Below, piece by piece: positions 38,352 to 40,029 of a stretch of DNA of 40,029 bases. The position numbers were made by a program, and so were the translations under genes. The stretch spans positions 1 through 40,029 of the forward strand of contig CAOJDP010000005.1 of assembly GCA_948433085.1 (NCBI GenBank), given 5' to 3'. This DNA comes from an uncultured Bacillales bacterium. Lineage in GTDB: Bacteria > Bacillota_I > Bacilli_A > RF39 > UBA660. A model generated the notes under the pieces. It was given only the letters and a program-made list of their open reading frames with translations. It made no database searches and was not told the origin of the DNA. The first letter of the stretch is position 1. The number at the start of each line of letters is the position of its first letter.

Positions 38352-39156
38352 TCATGGTGTTTTCAGGAAGTGTATATGTAATTTCAACAACTTCATCATA
38401 TAAAATTTCTTTTTTTATCTCTTTGTTTGTTTTTTTATCAATCATTGTCCTTGTAACTGCCACTTTTTCATAAATTTTATTGTTCTTTTTAAAATAAGAA
38501 AAATTTTGATTCCCTATTTCATACAATACATCTGATTCTATATCCGATAAAATCTTCCCATACATGTAAGTTTCATCAAATGTTATGACGATTTGATAAG
38601 TATGGTTGGTATCATTTTTAACTTTTAAATCCAGCCATCCACTATTGATTGTTGCATCAACTCCATCCAAAGAGTTTACATCTGGATTTGGAAATGATTT
38701 TTCTTTATGTCCATGTCTTTCTATAATGGTAAGTGGACTCATCAAAAATAGGAAATAAAGTAAGTTAGTAATATGGCAAACTCCTCCACCTTTTTGGGGA
38801 ACAATTTTACCATCAATTAAAATAAGCCCCTCTTTTAATTTTCCATGTTTTTTACTTTTTCTAGTTGCATAGCAGAAAGAAAAAATTTGCCCTGGTCTAA
38901 TCAAAATTTGATGGATACATTTACTCATAATTTTTAAATTGTCTACTTTATTTTTTTGATAAATGATATCATATCCACTATTTTCATTGATCATACTCGT
39001 TTTGGAACTACTTATTTCATAAGGTAATAACTCTCCATATTGTTCTGCATAATCATTTTTATCTATTCTCATTGATAAATTCCATATTACATTTCTTTGC
39101 CATGTACGGAAAGGAATTAGAAATGGAAATAGTTGTGTCAATCGTTTTCTTGCCAT
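38341..39156 (-). CDS. vanW: VanW-like protein
   Basis: RKRLTQLFPFL, QKNKVDNL, IRPGQIFSF, GGGVCH, LTIIERHGH, GVDATI..GWLDLKVKN. Confidence 0.85.
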   Translation of the reverse strand: MARKRLTQLFPFLIPFRTWQRNVIWNLSMRIDKNDYAEQYGELLPYEISSSKTSMINENSGYDIIYQKNKVDNLKIMSKCIHQILIRPGQIFSFCYATRKSKKHGKLKEGLILIDGKIVPQKGGGVCHITNLLYFLFLMSPLTIIERHGHKEKSFPNPDVNSLDGVDATINSGWLDLKVKNDTNHTYQIVITFDETYMYGKILSDIESDVLYEIGNQNFSYFKKNNKIYEKVAVTRTMIDKKTNKEIKKEILYDEVVEITYTLPENTMIEE

Positions 39157-39409
39157 ATTGATGCGCTCCTTTATACACTTATTATAGCATACATTAACAT
39201 AGAAAAAAATGACTACAATGTCATTTTGCCAAGTTGATTTTAAATTTTATTTGTTTTTAATATATTTTTTGCATATTTAAAAACTATTTTCCTTTTTATA
39301 AATTTTATTCAAATAAAAAGTTTTAATATATACAAATTATTGAAACAAACATTTTGTTCAAACAATACAATTTTTCATATTATGAATAAAGAATTGATTA
39401 TTCGATGGA

Positions 39410-39713
39410 TTATTTTTTAGGTTTTAACTCTTTACATGTATCTAATATAATATGCTTTATTAATTCGGTATCTTCAAAATCTTCTATATAATACATCATT
39501 TTAGCACCTTTATATGGAAGAGCTTCTTTTAAATTATATTTTTTATTACTAGATGTTTCTTTGATTAAAAAAACGATTTTCTTCATAAATACCACCAAAT
39601 AAGATATTATTATAATAAAATAAATATCCACCCATCATAGGGCGTGCGAAAATAGAATCTAAACATTCTAATTTTTCTAAGATATACTCTTTATATTCAT
39701 TTGTTTTTGACAT
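39410..39713 (-). pseudogene. TfoX/Sxy N-terminal-domain family protein, split by a +1 frameshift
   Basis: MSKTNEYKEYILE...RPMMGGYLFYY...FGGIYEENRF continues as LIKET...LPYKGAKMM in another frame across an A7/T7 run (39567-39573); GGAGGT RBS. Confidence 0.8.
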
Positions 39714-39884
39714 ATTATCAACCTCCAGCTCTTGATATTTCCATAAATCAATTACGATAGTCAAATTATCCATACAAAGCTTTTCTTATTTTTTCTATAT
39801 TTTTATTTATTTCTTCAGAAAAATCAGTACAATCTAGTTTGTATTTGTTTTCTAAGTATTCATTTATTATATCAATAACTATAA

Positions 39885-40029
39885 TAAAGTATCCCCGCTA
39901 CAAAGCAGACGGGGTATTTACAAGGAGTTACAACGACAAATATAATTGGGTGTAATCAGATTCACAACCCTGACTTTTTACATATTCTGCGATTGCATCT
40001 TCGCTTGTATTCTTGCCTACTGTTGCAAC
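39885..40029 (-). mobile_element. tnpA: IS200/IS605-family element, right end (3' part of tnpA 39928->40029 plus subterminal hairpin)
   Basis: The - strand reads VATVGKNTSEDAIAEYVKSQ (TnpA C-terminal YxxxQ catalytic helix), stop at 39928-39930, then an imperfect GC-rich hairpin CCCCG...CGGGG (39893-39914); truncated by the window edge. Confidence 0.85.

Overview
AT-rich chromosomal segment of a low-GC, endospore-gene-carrying Bacilli/Firmicute using the standard genetic code. The gene mix resembles uncultured gut Bacilli such as RF39 (inference, not verified). From left to right: xerD-deoB-alkD-dps; a complete type II-A CRISPR-Cas locus (divergent tracrRNA, cas9 with intact RuvC/HNH residues, cas1, cas2, short csn2, leader, 7 repeats/6 spacers); zupT; an AT-rich patch with an Asn-rich peptide, a decayed gene and an unannotated micro-membrane protein; an XRE-HTH protein, mnmA, spoIIM, gpr, rpsT, a transglutaminase-like protein and ylbL/ylbJ; scattered type IV pilus genes (2 pilins, PilB/ComGA-like ATPase, pilC, pilD); holA; three orphans; an OmpR-family two-component system; a four-gene flavinylation module (apbE/fmnB-eetA-eetB-FMN lipoprotein); trmK-sigA-dnaG; a vanW plus VanT-membrane-domain pair with no ligase; a frameshifted tfoX; and the 3' end of an IS200-type transposase. 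Most interesting signals: (1) the CRISPR leader carries two segments complementary to repeat 1, acting like a cis anti-repeat; (2) cas9 and tracrRNA promoters interlock; (3) a candidate non-canonical spore storage protein has a sigmaG-like promoter; (4) the pilus ATPase and platform carry unusual extensions; (5) the extracellular electron transfer module lacks Ndh2 in this window; (6) a perfect XerD dif half-site lies next to xerD. All family assignments are by eye from motifs; no database searches were run.
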